A stretch of 50,853 nt of DNA, filler included, from Diploschistes diacapsis (lineage: Eukaryota): NCBI GenBank assembly GCA_023645945.1. It is 3 parts of 3 records of this genome, joined end to end, with 100 filler letters (N's around TTAATTAATTAA, not from the genome) between each part and the next. Parts side by side here need not be neighbours in the genome. Positions count along the whole stretch, not along the records: positions 1 to 16,888 come from JALAIB010000482.1; positions 16,989 to 33,874 come from JALAIB010000483.1; 1 more part is not named here. The stretch is one strand, 5' to 3'. The translations under genes were made by a program, and so were the position numbers. Every line of letters begins with the position of its first letter. The first letter of the stretch is position 1. This document shows, piece after piece, positions 13,970 through 26,099 of this stretch. A model generated the notes under the pieces. That model had not been told where the DNA came from and did not search any database. It worked only from the letters and a program-made list of their open reading frames with translations.

Positions 13970-15390
13970 TGAGTGGAAGCTGGGTGGACGTTGAAAGCCT
14001 CAGTTATGATTGAATGTTTGCAGGGCTTGGTTGTTGATGGCCACCGGAGAATTGATTGAGGACGTTTGGCGCCTGTTTAATTTAGAATTAATTAGCCATG
14101 ATAAAGTCCAACAACAAAGAGACATGTCAAGTTTACCTGACCTTGCGGAAGCAATGAAAGCCCGTTCGCGTTTATAGTGTGAGTATTGAGATCTTGCCGG
14201 CGGTGTTTGTATGCTTCCAAGTTGTTGATGGCTGGTGGCGTGGCTTTTGAAGCTCGAGATGAGCAACAGACAAGACCCAAGTGCGGGAACGAGGCGCCAA
14301 TAGAGAAATATGTGTCGTTGTTGTTCTCGTGAAGCTGGCTGTAGGGCGTGCTAGAGAGCTGGTAAGGTAATGTGAAGCACCACGCCTTGACCTTAATATC
14401 CAGGACAAGACGATGATACCAAGGATTGGGATTGGATTTGTTATTGGCAAGGTACTCAAATAAGATAGCACCCAAAGTCAGTGCAGATACACTGAGAAGA
14501 TGCAGGCGAAGATTGCGTTCATAGAAGTATCATGGCGATGTTGTTGTGGGGGTTGCGTGTAAGTGGGATTGGAGATGCGAACTAAATGAGGAGAGGATTG
14601 TTGCTGTAGGTCAAAGCTTGGGCGAAGTGCCAAGTACCAAGCAGGTCGCGTCGTCCATCGTAGTATTTTCGCTGTATTTACTTTACGTTCCGCCCGCGTA
14701 GCCGGAGCAGCTACTCGGGCCGGATAATCAGTTCCTCCGGCATCACTTTTTCACAATGGGCCACTCACCACCCAATTCACCACCTCAACCTCCATCCTTC
14801 TCCTGCCGCCCGGGCAACCTCGTACCTGCTTCTAATCCTCATGTGGTAGAAGCTGTATACTAGGTGTCCTTCGGATCACTCATCTGACTGGGCTTACTGC
14901 CTGGTTGCTGTACGCGGGACCCTGACCGTCGTGAAAGTTACCTACTGTACACGTAGAGATGCCTCGCTTCAAGTCAATTGAAGCTCACAGACGTTACTAC
15001 TCATCCTACTCGCTACAGTCTTAGTACATCGAGGACTTTATAATTAACAGTTTATGTGTATGCCCCGAGCAGGTACTGTAGGATCGGTGTTATCATGGTT
15101 GCTTAACGGCCCGGATTCTTTGTGCTTCACCCAAGCTAGGTCTCGTCCTATACTATTCACTGCACAAAGCAGGATGCCTTTGTGCTATGAGGGGAATTTT
15201 TTCTCTTGAGGTGTAGTAGATACAGAAGAAATGATATCGTTAAGCTTCATGTGGATGACCGTTTGGAGAACGTTGACTTGACAACCCGCAAGCTTGGCAG
15301 TAAAAGCTTATAGAAATCTACGTCGCACTCACCTCAAGTTTACCGCACTAGCACGCGATTTCGGATAAAAAATGAATCCGTTATTTAATT

Positions 15391-15982
15391 TAGGCTGGCC
15401 GTTTCGTGCCACGGTCACTGACACGGACACTACAGTAAAAATTTTCAAAACACGGACACTAACACGGACACGATAGCTAAAATTTTAAAACACGGATACT
15501 AACACGGATACTACACTGCAATAAAAGCACGGACACGGATATTATAATTAAAAATTTTAAAATATTAATATTAACACGGATACTATATTTCCGTAAATTT
15601 ATCGAAATATTACGGTAAATCTACCGAAATATCATAATAAAATTTTTTTAAAAAAATAAAAACGTAAGAAATAGACGTGATAATTCTAGAATTATTAAAA
15701 TTAAAAAAATAATTTAAAATGTTTCGATAAATACACGGATACGGATATCGTAATAAAAAATTTTTCGATACGGATATTAATACGAATATTATATTATAAT
15801 AAAAACACGGACACGGATATTATAATTAAAATTTTTAAAATATTAATATTAATACGGACACTATATTTCCGTAAATCCACGAACACGGACACCGCAGCTA
15901 AAAAATCTAAAACACGGACACTAACATTATCAATATCCGTGTCACTAACACGGCCGTGTCAGTGTCAGTGACGGCCAGCCTA
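15391..15982. mobile_element. Non-autonomous hAT-like miniature element (MITE), 592 bp, RIP-affected interior
   Basis: Perfect 12-bp terminal inverted repeats TAGGCTGGCCGT...ACGGCCAGCCTA; many ACACGGA(C/T)AC motifs; no ORF. The 8-bp flanks ATTTAATT and GTCCAGTC differ only by C>T/G>A transitions. Confidence 0.8.
15520..15876 (+). repeat. Internal ~77-bp direct repeat within the MITE
   Basis: ATAAAA.CACGGACACGGATATTATAATTAAAA..TTTAAAATATTAATATTAA.ACGGA.ACTATATTTCCGTAAAT occurs at ~15520-15598 and ~15799-15876. Confidence 0.85.
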
Positions 15983-16019
15983 GTCCAGTCCCTTTTCCCT
16001 CTATTATCTTCAACCCGTA

Positions 16020-16650
16020 CTACACGTAGACACGTGCCCGACCTTACTCCTCTCAAGTTTCGGCGTCGTAAATAGATACTATTAGACCAATAATACTAAA
16101 AACAGGCGACTCCCAGGGCGAAAAGCAGTAGTAGCAGCAATAGACGTAACAGCAGAAACCGCTTTCGAAAGATAGCGAAATAAAGGTTTATTTATTAATA
16201 AAATAAAGGTTCGAAAGGTTATAAGATATATTCAATTTATATAGGATCCCAAGCTCTTTCATTATAATTGATTAGATTAGATCGTGGCTTCTAATTCGTC
16301 AATCTATTACTTATCGTAAATTCTTTGTAAAAGCTTTTCGTCGCTCCAAATAAGTGTATCGTAGATCTACTACTACCAGATTATTCGCTTAAATAATATC
16401 TCATCGCGACAGATAAGACTAGATCTAGTACTTCAGCTATAACCATAATTAAAGACTAATGAGATCGAGGGTTCTAATTAATCGATCTTTTATTTATTCG
16501 TAGGAGTTTTTCGTCGCTCCTAAATAAATACTTGTCGTAAGAGATTGTCGTCGCTCCTAAATGTCGTAAACCTTCATCTTCAAAAACGCGCCAGCTCGCG
16601 TAAACAGCATCAGATAAAATTAGGTCTAGATTCTTCTTAAAAATAAGTAA
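16020..16650. repeat. AT-rich, TpA-rich degenerate repeat relic (RIP-like)
   Basis: Visibly AT-rich and CpA/TpG-poor, with no ORFs. Short motif TCGTCGCTCC(T)AAAT recurs at ~16338, 16510 and 16547. Confidence 0.6.
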
Positions 16651-16888
16651 TGTAGGCTGAATACTTCAGGTCCTGAGCCGAGCAGGTAGCCCTGAAGGAC
16701 CTTTTCGAATGTAGAACGCCCCTACAGGAATACTACACAACCAGGAGCTGAGCCTGATCTGGAAGGATCACGTGTAGCTGCAATCTGTAGGCTGAATGGT
16801 TCAGATTCGAAAAGGTGAAGAAGGAACTATCTAGGTGGGAGCAGGGCATATATAAATACTGGGTGCCAGCCCTACCAGCCCTACCAGA
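16651..16888 (+). mobile_element. Putative LTR 5' end running into an assembly gap
   Basis: Starts TGTAGGCTGAAT, which is repeated at 16786. TATA-like CATATATAAATA at ~16847 and tandem CAGCCCTAC; the contig ends here, as expected at a repeat. Confidence 0.4.
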
Positions 16889-16988
16889 NNNNNNNNNNNN
16901 NNNNNNNNNNNNNNNNNNNNNNNNNNNNNNNNTTAATTAATTAANNNNNNNNNNNNNNNNNNNNNNNNNNNNNNNNNNNNNNNNNNNN
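16889..16988. other. Assembly spacer (N-run with TTAATTAATTAA linker)
   Basis: Exactly 100 bp: N44-TTAATTAATTAA-N44, an artificial six-frame stop linker. Confidence 0.97.
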
Positions 16989-17700
16989 CTGTTATATTAT
17001 AAAAAGTATTCGATAAAGATATTGGATTTTATCTTTTTAAAAACCGTGAAAAATGTATTACGAAGGATGTTTTAATAATAATTCGATTAATTCTTTTAAA
17101 TCGTTTCTTAACGATAAATGATTAAAACAATTAAATCACGTTAGATAATACGGATATCAATGGATCTGATTTTTTAAAATATCTTCCGTCCATCCTCGTT
17201 TAATACATCCGACTGAAGTTCAAGATCGCTTTCGCTGTCCGAGTCTACTAATGGACTCATATACGGGTTCTGAATTGGAAAAACGGGCATTTTCGAAAAT
17301 AACGAGGGCGAGCGTAAATCGGTCTAGGATAGAGAGCCTAAAAAGATAGAAGTCGAATTATAAAATATTTAGAAATGGAAAGGAGAAAGAATGAAGAGAA
17401 AAGAAATGATAAGATAAAAAAACGGGTTCGAGGTACTAGAAGCTAGAAGACGAGGATAACATAATAAAGATAATTAAAAGGTTTCGTCGGCGGCTATACG
17501 GAAATAAATTTCGTCTTCCGTCGAAATATATAAAAAGACGTTGAAAGATAAGGACGTTGCGAATAGTATTAAAAACGAAGTTGAATATAGGCGTTGAATA
17601 ATCCGCCAAGATAGCGGTTCTAATGGGTAATAGATTCCTGCTATCTCGGGAGCAGGTTCTTAAAGCAGCGAAGTCGAGACTAAACTCGAATAGGCACGCC
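16989..17700. repeat. RIP-like degenerate sequence fading into unique DNA
   Basis: AT/TpA-rich next to the gap and progressively more normal toward ~17750; only stop-interrupted frames. Confidence 0.55.
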
Positions 17701-17977
17701 AAACCGTTTAAAGGAATTACCTTCCATGAGGTTAACGCGCGGTGTCACGGGGCAGTTTCAGCTGCTTTCAAAACTTATCGCCGGCTCGGCAGCATTATCT
17801 CCGTATTACATGCGGGGCATGAACTCTTCAAATTTGATGCTCTGTGTGTTCATATCAGCGAAGTGCTGCGAGGACACCGGACAATCTTATACTTTATGAA
17901 GCAAAATATTCTGATAATGGGTATCTCGATAGTAGGAAAATTTGCGATGGCCACATTCATGTCATGCTCAACTGCCC

Positions 17978-19421
17978 TTATCCCAGACTGACTAGACCGG
18001 CTCCAGCATCTTGCCCCTTTCCGCTAGCCATCTCAGCCATTACAGCATCAGTCGGACCAGTATCCGTCTGGGTACTCATGCTCCGAGAAGGTGTTGTGTA
18101 TGTTGTACCCGCCCCGCTTGAGAAATCTATAGATTTTCCAAGCTTCCCCATCTTCTTACGCTCCTGCTCTTGCACGTGGCTCATATACGATGCGTATCGT
18201 AGCGACCCGAGAATAAGAACTGTTGCATGTTAGTTTACAACACCTTGCACGTACATAGACTTGCCACCAAATGCTTTGTATGAAGATCAGAAGACATTTG
18301 TGAACCACATACCTGCTGTAGAAGCGATAACAAGAGCCGCCCTCCTTGTCAGAAACCACCGCAATCCTTCAACCTCTCCACGAGCATCTCCAGACATTGC
18401 CACAGTAATCTTGTAGTTCAGCTCTTGTATCTCGCTCTCCTTCTTCCTTTGCTCCATCCGCAGTGCCATCTTTCGATCGTCAAACCAGCCTTTCAGCTCA
18501 TCCTTTAGGTTTAAGGATTCTTGCGTGACTTTCTGATTCAGTATATCGACCTCATGCTGGACGTGTGCCCGCTCCGATCTTAATTTTTCTGTGGCTGATT
18601 TGCGAGAATTTTGGATCTCTGTTCTCAGCTCAGAGCATGCAGCTTGAAAGAGGTACGACTCCTGGAACATACTTGTTAGCTTTCAGGTTCCGAGGCGTAT
18701 CCCCAGTTAAGGAATCAAAAGCTTCAATATTTCAGACTCAGGCTAGGACAAGACAAACATTCTCGATATCGGATTTCGAAACCAAGCCTTCCCTCGCCAG
18801 TGCGAGGTTAGCGGCTAGAAGACTCCGCACAGATTTCATCATAGTGATACTCTGCTCCTGAGTAAATCCACCCTTCCCCAGATCCTTCACTAACGTATAA
18901 GTATCGAAGTGATGAACATATGGTGGGGCTTCAAGATGAGGAGGCTTAGCCTTTTTTGACGTGAAGGGAGCAGGCATTTGCAGGACTTTTTCGAGTGGCT
19001 TTTGCGGAGCTTCCAGTTGCGGGCCCTGTACTTTCTCCGTAGGGTGAGCTTCGTCGGCGGCGGCAGTTGTAGCTAACTCAGGAGTGGCATTCTTGCTCTC
19101 TTTGTTGTGAGAGTTGAGGCGCTCGGGTTCAGAGCCGGTAATCTTTCTCGCCGTACTTGTCTCTTCCTTTACATCCCCAACATTGCTGACTTTCTCCTTC
19201 ACATCGCGAGCTCCGTTGTAGCTTGGGGGAGGCAATTCTATGGCAGGACCATATCGCTCAATAGTAGTATTTTGATAGCGCTTAGTTTGTGCATGCATTC
19301 GCCGTCTGATGGTTCTGGTTACAATGCTGGTGTGAATGGTTGATTGCAACAAAGAAGGTTCGATGAGTCGTGCGGGCCTAGGGAAGGCGGGATGAAGGAA
19401 GGTTAATCTCGGCGAGGACAT
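17978..19421 (-). CDS. Mitochondrial coiled-coil DUF1640/CCDC90 family protein (Fmp32/Put6-like)
   Basis: Arg/Ser-rich presequence-like N-terminus, PPYVHHFDTYTLVKDL..GGFT..QSIT.MKSVR, ENESYLFQAACSELRTEI, coiled coil, then C-terminal TM (EGLRWFLTRRAALVIA). Three exons. Confidence 0.8.
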
Positions 19422-19921
19422 CACCGTTGCTGTATTCGATATCTTAAACGATGTGCGAGCATGGTATAAGCCGTTGGGAGAAATTATTTATGCTGCTTGA
19501 TTGATGAGAGTTGTGCCCTTGAACTTCACAACTTCTATCAACCGAGGCCTTCGTCATATGTCTCGCCGCACAGGGCTGAGCGACGGCCCGGCACTGCGTC
19601 CGAATGGTAGTTACCTACTAGGTACAGAGGTACTCAACAACTTGAAGCTCATATCTTCGCAAAATGATGCATAGCATGTACAATACACGATATAAGTCAG
19701 GTTCCTGGTCTGCCTGCGAAAGACTCAAGCATTTTGGGTGCCACTTGCTGCATCGGCATAATCTTTTCTAGATCTAATATAACCAGAATAACGCTTTTTA
19801 GCCTCATCTCGCTCGGCCAACGTTACGGGCTCGCTAAGATAGTATCTCCCTACAACACTATTACCTTAACTTTTCCAACTTTTGAAAAGGCTCTGAACTG
19901 GTCCGAGTACTGGTTTTCAAA

Positions 19922-20575
19922 TCAGTTGCCTTGCGTGAGCTTGAAGTTAAGCTTGAAGCAGACATGGTTTTCGCGTGCATTTCCATTGCAGTTCGCCAGC
20001 AAGCTCTCCATGAAAGTACAAGCCACCCTGAATCCACGTGGAACTCTGTCTTCATCATCTTTTAGAAGGGCAGAAGCAGTCTTTAGGTCCACTATGCGGG
20101 TCTTGATTAGCTCGAGCTGATGGTGCATTGTGTTGCATTTGAATCTCTGGTCTCTGTTGAAGGCCAAGCTAAAGGGGACGTGTTCTTCGATGGCGAGGAT
20201 GTAGGAAATTGATGAGTGTTGTAGAGCGGACGCCGACTTTTCTTGAGACTCCAAATACGTGAGGAAATCTTGTTTGGTCGTGGGAACCGTACCATGCAAT
20301 ACTGGCCAAGCTAGACAAGAGCACCGATCTTCTTCATAATCACAGAAAGCACAGGTCCAGGCTGCGAATGGCTCGTATCTTATAAAGGCAGCATCAAGCG
20401 ATTGGACCGAGGAAGCATCTTCTGTTGGGACAAGAATTGTGCGGTACTCCAATGCGAGCCCATGCTCGGGGGTGGTAGCTCGTGTATTCTGGGTGTCCGT
20501 GGATGAGTAGCTTTTGGCGTTGTTCGGCTCTTCGTAGCTGTGGTCAAACTCTGTATCGAGTTCAGTCGAGGACAT
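19922..20575 (-). CDS. Hypothetical protein, 217 aa
   Basis: ATG-initiated ORF with acidic N-terminus and CAFC-x6-C-x-C cluster; no family recognised. Confidence 0.4.
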   Translation of the reverse strand: MSSTELDTEFDHSYEEPNNAKSYSSTDTQNTRATTPEHGLALEYRTILVPTEDASSVQSLDAAFIRYEPFAAWTCAFCDYEEDRCSCLAWPVLHGTVPTTKQDFLTYLESQEKSASALQHSSISYILAIEEHVPFSLAFNRDQRFKCNTMHHQLELIKTRIVDLKTASALLKDDEDRVPRGFRVACTFMESLLANCNGNARENHVCFKLNFKLTQGN

Positions 20576-21623
20576 CCTGAAAAGTTGTTGTCTGAAGGCT
20601 TTTATTAAAGACTTGCAAAAGCTGAACTGGTTTCCGGGTTCTCTTCAGGTTGTCTATCAGATTCAGAACACTGCACTGCTCAAAGCTTAGAGGTATGCAA
20701 AATGGAAACTCACCAATAAGACGTTAAGGTAAATTTTCGATAGGCGCAACCCACTGCTGTACGAAACTACTGTCTCTGTTGTTGCAGAAATCAAGGCGAC
20801 GAAGAGGCTTTTGCGGCAACAGCTCCTTGAGTTTATCCTGCATGCTTATCTCAGTCACTCTCCCGATCAAATCTCGGAGCTAACCGGACACTGTCGCATA
20901 CCTACATCTGATTCATTCATTTCGAGTGTAAAGGAATCTAATAGATCCTGATAGGCCCGATAGTTTGGCTTGGGTTAGCTGTATCCCGAGCTGTATACCC
21001 TCAACTCGGGTCAGGTTCATAACTGTTATTGCATTGTGTTGTTCAAAGGTTGGACACTACAATGCCTTAAGCCGCTTTCGTTATACCGGTCAGAAGTGGT
21101 ATCTGTGATGTAGAGATGTTCAAGCTTAGTTGTGTTGTACCCATCTTCAACCCTAATCTTATATATGGGATCATGCTGGTCTATGCAAGATGACGCACAG
21201 TAGGGGTATGATGAATTTCACGGGGCACCTCCAGATCCAGGTATCAGAGCAAAACGACCGGCCGGCTACTACACAACAAGATATGCCTAGTATCTCAAAG
21301 CACAAATCCCTGACGAAGTAGCTTCACACGGTAACACGCGGCTCGGATAGCTGAGTATACCTCGGTCTATCTCTCCTTGCACGACAGAAGCTCTCTCAAC
21401 AACCAGAACCATACTGATAGTCTAGAATCTCGCACGGTCAGCTGGCTCACTGTCCTCGAGACACACATCGTTGAAGGGCGCGCTTGATTCTATCAATATC
21501 CAGATCGCCTGAGAATAGGAAGGAAAGCATAGAACCCCTTTTTCAATCTGCTCAACACTGCAACCTGGAAAAGAGTTTATGTAGTGATTTTTTTGGCTTG
21601 TCGACTTCACCATTTGTCATGCC

Positions 21624-24095
21624 CTACTTCTGAGCTAACAAAGCGAAAAGCAAGGATGTCCGTTTCCAATAATCCCTAGATGAGACTTGAATTTGACCCG
21701 CCGAGCTTGTGGGAAGTTCGAGCATGCTCAACAAATGCGCACAATAGGTGTCGAGGGAATCACCCGGAACCGGTTCACTTGCGAGTGATGCAGCATTAAG
21801 ATACTGGAGGTCGAACAGTAGTTGAATCTTCCCGTTCCTTTGCGAATCCCTATTGTCGCCTGAACCTTCCTCGTGCCCCAAGGCTTGGCTATCACCATTA
21901 ATAGCGGAGTCAGCCTTTCCTAGTTCGGAAGGCTGAAGCCTGTTCTCTATATCAACTTCGAATTCTTTCATTTGTTCGAACTCATCGACCAATAACTTTC
22001 TGAAGCATGATTTCAGTTCGTCCATTGCTTTCTTCGTCCAGATGTCCTCACCCAGTTCACTCAAACCATGGTGCAAAGCATTCAGCAATCGATATGACCA
22101 GGGTGAAGGGATGATTGGCAATTCGGGATCACCGTCCCAAAGACGTCTCCCTGCAATTGTTACCCGCAAGGCTGCCTTCTGCATAGCTTTTTGATGACCT
22201 TGGAGTACCCTCTGTACAATGGGCACGCACGCAATCCGGTGCAGCTGTTGCACGTAAGCAAACTCAACGTCAGTTGCGTTCACACCTTCTGGTAGCTGCT
22301 GCTTTAGTTCACGAGTGATACGTAACAAGAACGCTGCCTTCACAATAGAGAATTCGTCCTCGCCAAGCCCGTCTTTCTCAAGCACAATGCCCGCTTGAAG
22401 ATCTCGCATAGCCCCTTCCGAACAGTGCTGATGTCCTTGCACCAGCTCCATTGAATCTTCTTTTTCAAGTCTGTATTTTATGTCGTCAATATCATCGAAG
22501 TCCTCCTCTCCGTCGAAATCTTCGATTTCCCATTTCTCCGACTTCATGCTTGTGATTGCCCTCTTGATCGTGTTCAGACCTTGTAACCAACTCTCATAGA
22601 CATTCATGATTTGGCTTACTAGTTGGCTTCGACCGTGTTGCCTAGAGCGGAGCGCATTCGTAAGGGACATGGCTCCGTGAGATAAGTCAAGTTTAACTAG
22701 ATTATGATCCCACCAAGTGGGAGCTATGCCAAAGTGTCGCTGATTGGGCCAACCCTCAATTGCTTTGTGTACAGCTGAGATGACTTCTCGGCAGTTTTGA
22801 GATTGCGCTCTGAGTAGGGCCTGTAATCGTTCCCGGAACGCTGACCGAAGGAGATCAAGGCCCTCGCTCTTTGTCACACCAATTAAGCGACCCTTGCTGT
22901 TCAGCCAGAGGCTTAAACAGTCCCTTCTTAGCTCTAGAACCTCTTGGAAACTATACATAGATGTGAGCACAGTTTTCAGACCACCAACACAGGCCTCTAA
23001 TGCTGCTGGGGACCATATTGAGAGCGACTGTGCCGCGGTAGAAACATTTAGATTATCGTGACGTACGTAAGGCGTGAAGTTCTTGATATCTCCATCCATC
23101 CATATCTCATGGACGTCCAAATCAAGATCATCAACAGCGCGTAGGGTACCATCATTGAGCAAAGGCCTACTCTTAAGCCTTGCGAGAGCATTTGAGACTT
23201 GGCGAGGGAAGAGTGCTTGCGTATCCTGCATGGTCCTTGTCCACACTTGCAAACATCGAACAGCATCCAACTTGCTCAAGTTTTCCTGCTGAAAACCGCT
23301 CGATATGGCGTTTAGCCGGATATAGTGGAAGTGCCGTAACGCGTCTGCGCACGAGGAGCTCGTGATCAGCGAAAAGGCACAGATCGCATCAACAAGATCT
23401 TCGCTATCCAGATCCAAGTTAGCCATGCGTCGATCGATTAAGAGGAGCAGCTTCCGTCTAAGCTTTCCTAGCCGTACCCGCACTTTCTCGACAAAGGCAC
23501 TGGCGCTTTCAGTTGAAGCTGTCTTCTTATGAAGATGCCGGGAGAGCACTAGGATCTTGGCCGCGAGCAGGAGCGAGCCACTTCGCTTAAGAATGGAAGA
23601 GACCAGATCCGGGCATTTGTGCAAAACCGCCAACTGGGACACTCTAGCGTTTTGACTTCGACCTATTTGACTAAACCGTCAGCAGTCAAGCGTAGAACAT
23701 CTTGAGGAAACAACGGTACCTTCTGCGCCGAGCTCTTTGAAAGCGGCAGCTGTATTCGCCGAATGTCTTTCAAGAAGCCTGGAATTACATTTCTGGCTAA
23801 TACTTCCCATGTGCACCTCAACCTCGTAGATCTGTCTATCCATTTGAACAATCGTATCCGCTGTTCCGAGAAGATCTCGATAGCTTGAACTATAAGAAGA
23901 GGATCAGCGGAATTTGTGGGACTCCTATACAGGAGAACCTGACCCTACAAGAGTTCTTAATCTCTCCCTGTTCGTCGATATTTCGCTGCGGAGCTGCTGC
24001 TCCATCCGCCGCACGGCGGGTATGGGGTATCTGAACGCATCTTCCCAGGACTTGAAGATTTTGGGATCGGGAGCCTCGGTTGTGAGCGACGTCAT
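21624..24095 (-). CDS. COG1: Conserved oligomeric Golgi complex subunit 1 (Vps51/Cog1 N-terminal domain)
   Basis: N-terminus APDPKIFKSWEDAFRYPIPAVRRMEQQLR...ERLRTLVG/SYRDLLGTADTIVQM; C-terminus QLLFDLQYL...YWKRTSLLFALL. Confidence 0.8.
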
Positions 24096-24396
24096 TTCAG
24101 GCACGCAGGCGCGGGACTTTTGACTTCTGATGTGTTGTCGTTGTCGTATAAGTTGGCTTTGATGCTACACGAAGCCTTGAATTTTTGGACAGAATTCCGT
24201 GTTGAAGTTTCGTGGCATTTTACTTTTGGTTTTAGTAAGCAGGTGCCAAGAAGTTCACACGAATTTCTATCACCTTCAAGAACTATAAAAACGCACTGTA
24301 TTCCGCTGTTCTATAACTTCCAATTTAAGATCGTCAGGCTTTAGGTATTGTACCGTGCATTATGCGTGTGGACAGTACTGTAGGTGCTCTCGGGAC

Positions 24397-26099
24397 TTAG
24401 CCGACATTGGACAGGTATCTCTTACTACTTCTTATCGCAGGTCCCCACTTCCAGAACACGAAGGGAACAGGTACCAGCAGCACCGCAAATCCACCAAAGA
24501 CACTTGTTGCTCCACCGTTCCCCAATCGGTGGTACATGGGGTCTATGAACAAAGGAAAAACTGCCGCTAGTGTACTACGAAGAAATGTATTTGCTGCAAT
24601 AGCACTGGCGCCCCACCGAACAAAGACGTCAAGTAGGTAATTTAGTGCAGCCTGGAATATAGTAAAGAACCCGAAGCCCATGCAGCCGGCACCGAGAAAG
24701 GACCATATCCACGGCATAGATGGATCCGAGGTCCATCCAATGAGAAAGAGGCCTCCTGTAAAGACCACGGAGCCTACCATCATCGACGGTAAGCGGGCTT
24801 CTGGTGCCACTAGGCCTTGTGTACCATGGTTGACATGGTTGTAATAACGTTGATTGAGAGCGACGACAATAGCACCAAGGAGAATTCCAATAAGAAGTGC
24901 GAGAAAGGGAAGACTGCCAATAACCGGATCCCAGCCCCGCGCTTGCTCAAAGAGAATGGGGAAAGCTGCTAGCGTGGCATAGAAGACGCCAAAGATGAAA
25001 GATGCGTGTAGAGCGACCAAGAAGCAGATTGGTGTGAAAAGCATGTGGACCGGACGGATACCGAACTTGTTCAGATAGTAGTAAGTTGTCAAATTACCTA
25101 CCCACTCTTCGAACTCAGTGTGTAAGGCCCAGTTTCCAGTACTTGTTCTTAGGGACCTGGCTTTGCGGATTAAGAGTACAGGTTCGTACGATTCGTCGAG
25201 TACAACAGCACCAATGAGGACGACTGAAATTTGTAAGATCCCCGCGAGCTAAGCTCAGATTAGTCCACGCAGATTAAAAGGGTCATAGTCAACTTCAAGA
25301 GGACTCACATACTGGGTCCACCTCCAACCCAAATAGCTCTCGATCAGAGCGCTGCCAACCAGGGGTCCCAAGGTTGGGCCGACGATGACCGCAAGCGAGT
25401 AAGACATGATCGCATATCCCCTCGCGGTAGGAGCCCAAATATCGTTCAGCACACCACCAGTGTTGGATACTGGAGCAGAGCCAAAGAAACCGGTAAAGAA
25501 GCGTGCTATGAGAATGGTGTGAATATCCTTAGCGGCTCCAGAAACAAATGAAAATATCGCTGCGGCTGCACAGGGACCGAGGACGGGCCATTTGCGCCCA
25601 TATAGCTCAGATACTGGCGCCCATACTAAGGGGCCAAATCTATGGAAGAGGGTTGGCGCCCATGAATTAGCGTTGATCTTTTCAATAGCGAAACAAATTT
25701 AAGCTCACTCTAACAGGCAGAAACTCAGACCTAACAAGGAGACCTCTTTGCTGACGTTGAAGGCGGCCGAGATTTCATCAACAGCTGGAGAATAACTGCG
25801 TTTATTCAGTAACATGGATGCCAAGCTTGGAGATTGAGGGCATATAGATACATGCTCGTCGTCCATGTTGCTGTCATGGTAACCAGGCCGTAGAGCGCAG
25901 TCGTGACAAGCTTCTTACTCAAAGGCCAATTTCTCGGCCTGTACGGGTCATCGTGTCCATCGAACCCTACAATGTGCTCGGGGCCGGTTGTACTTTGGCT
26001 CATAGGATGTTGGAAAACCCGTTCTTTCCTATTGCCATCACTTCGCCCTGCTCGACTGAGTCCCGTACTTGAGTCGTTAATGCTGGAGTTCAAATTCAT
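24397..26099 (-). CDS. MFS multidrug/H+ antiporter (DHA1 family), multi-exon
   Basis: GFDGHDDPYRPRNWPLSKK, FGPLVWAPVSELYGRK, RFFTGFFGSAPVSNTGGVLNDIW, GPTLGPLVG...GWRWTQY, PEARLP, ASAIAANTFLRS. Confidence 0.9.

Noticed and set aside
15415..15960. Recurrent ACACGGACAC motifs with variable spacers resembling a CRISPR array
   Set aside because: Eukaryotic context, repeats only ~10 bp with irregular and self-similar spacers, no cas genes, and the array is bounded by TIRs, so it is MITE-internal.
16889..16988. Palindromic TTAATTAATTAA motif (also at 33919-33930)
   Set aside because: Embedded in N-runs; an artificial contig-joining linker.
19697..19921. Read-through or RIP-broken extension of the orphan ORF
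   Set aside because: About three stops in ~73 codons is what random sequence gives; no support for a longer ancestral frame.
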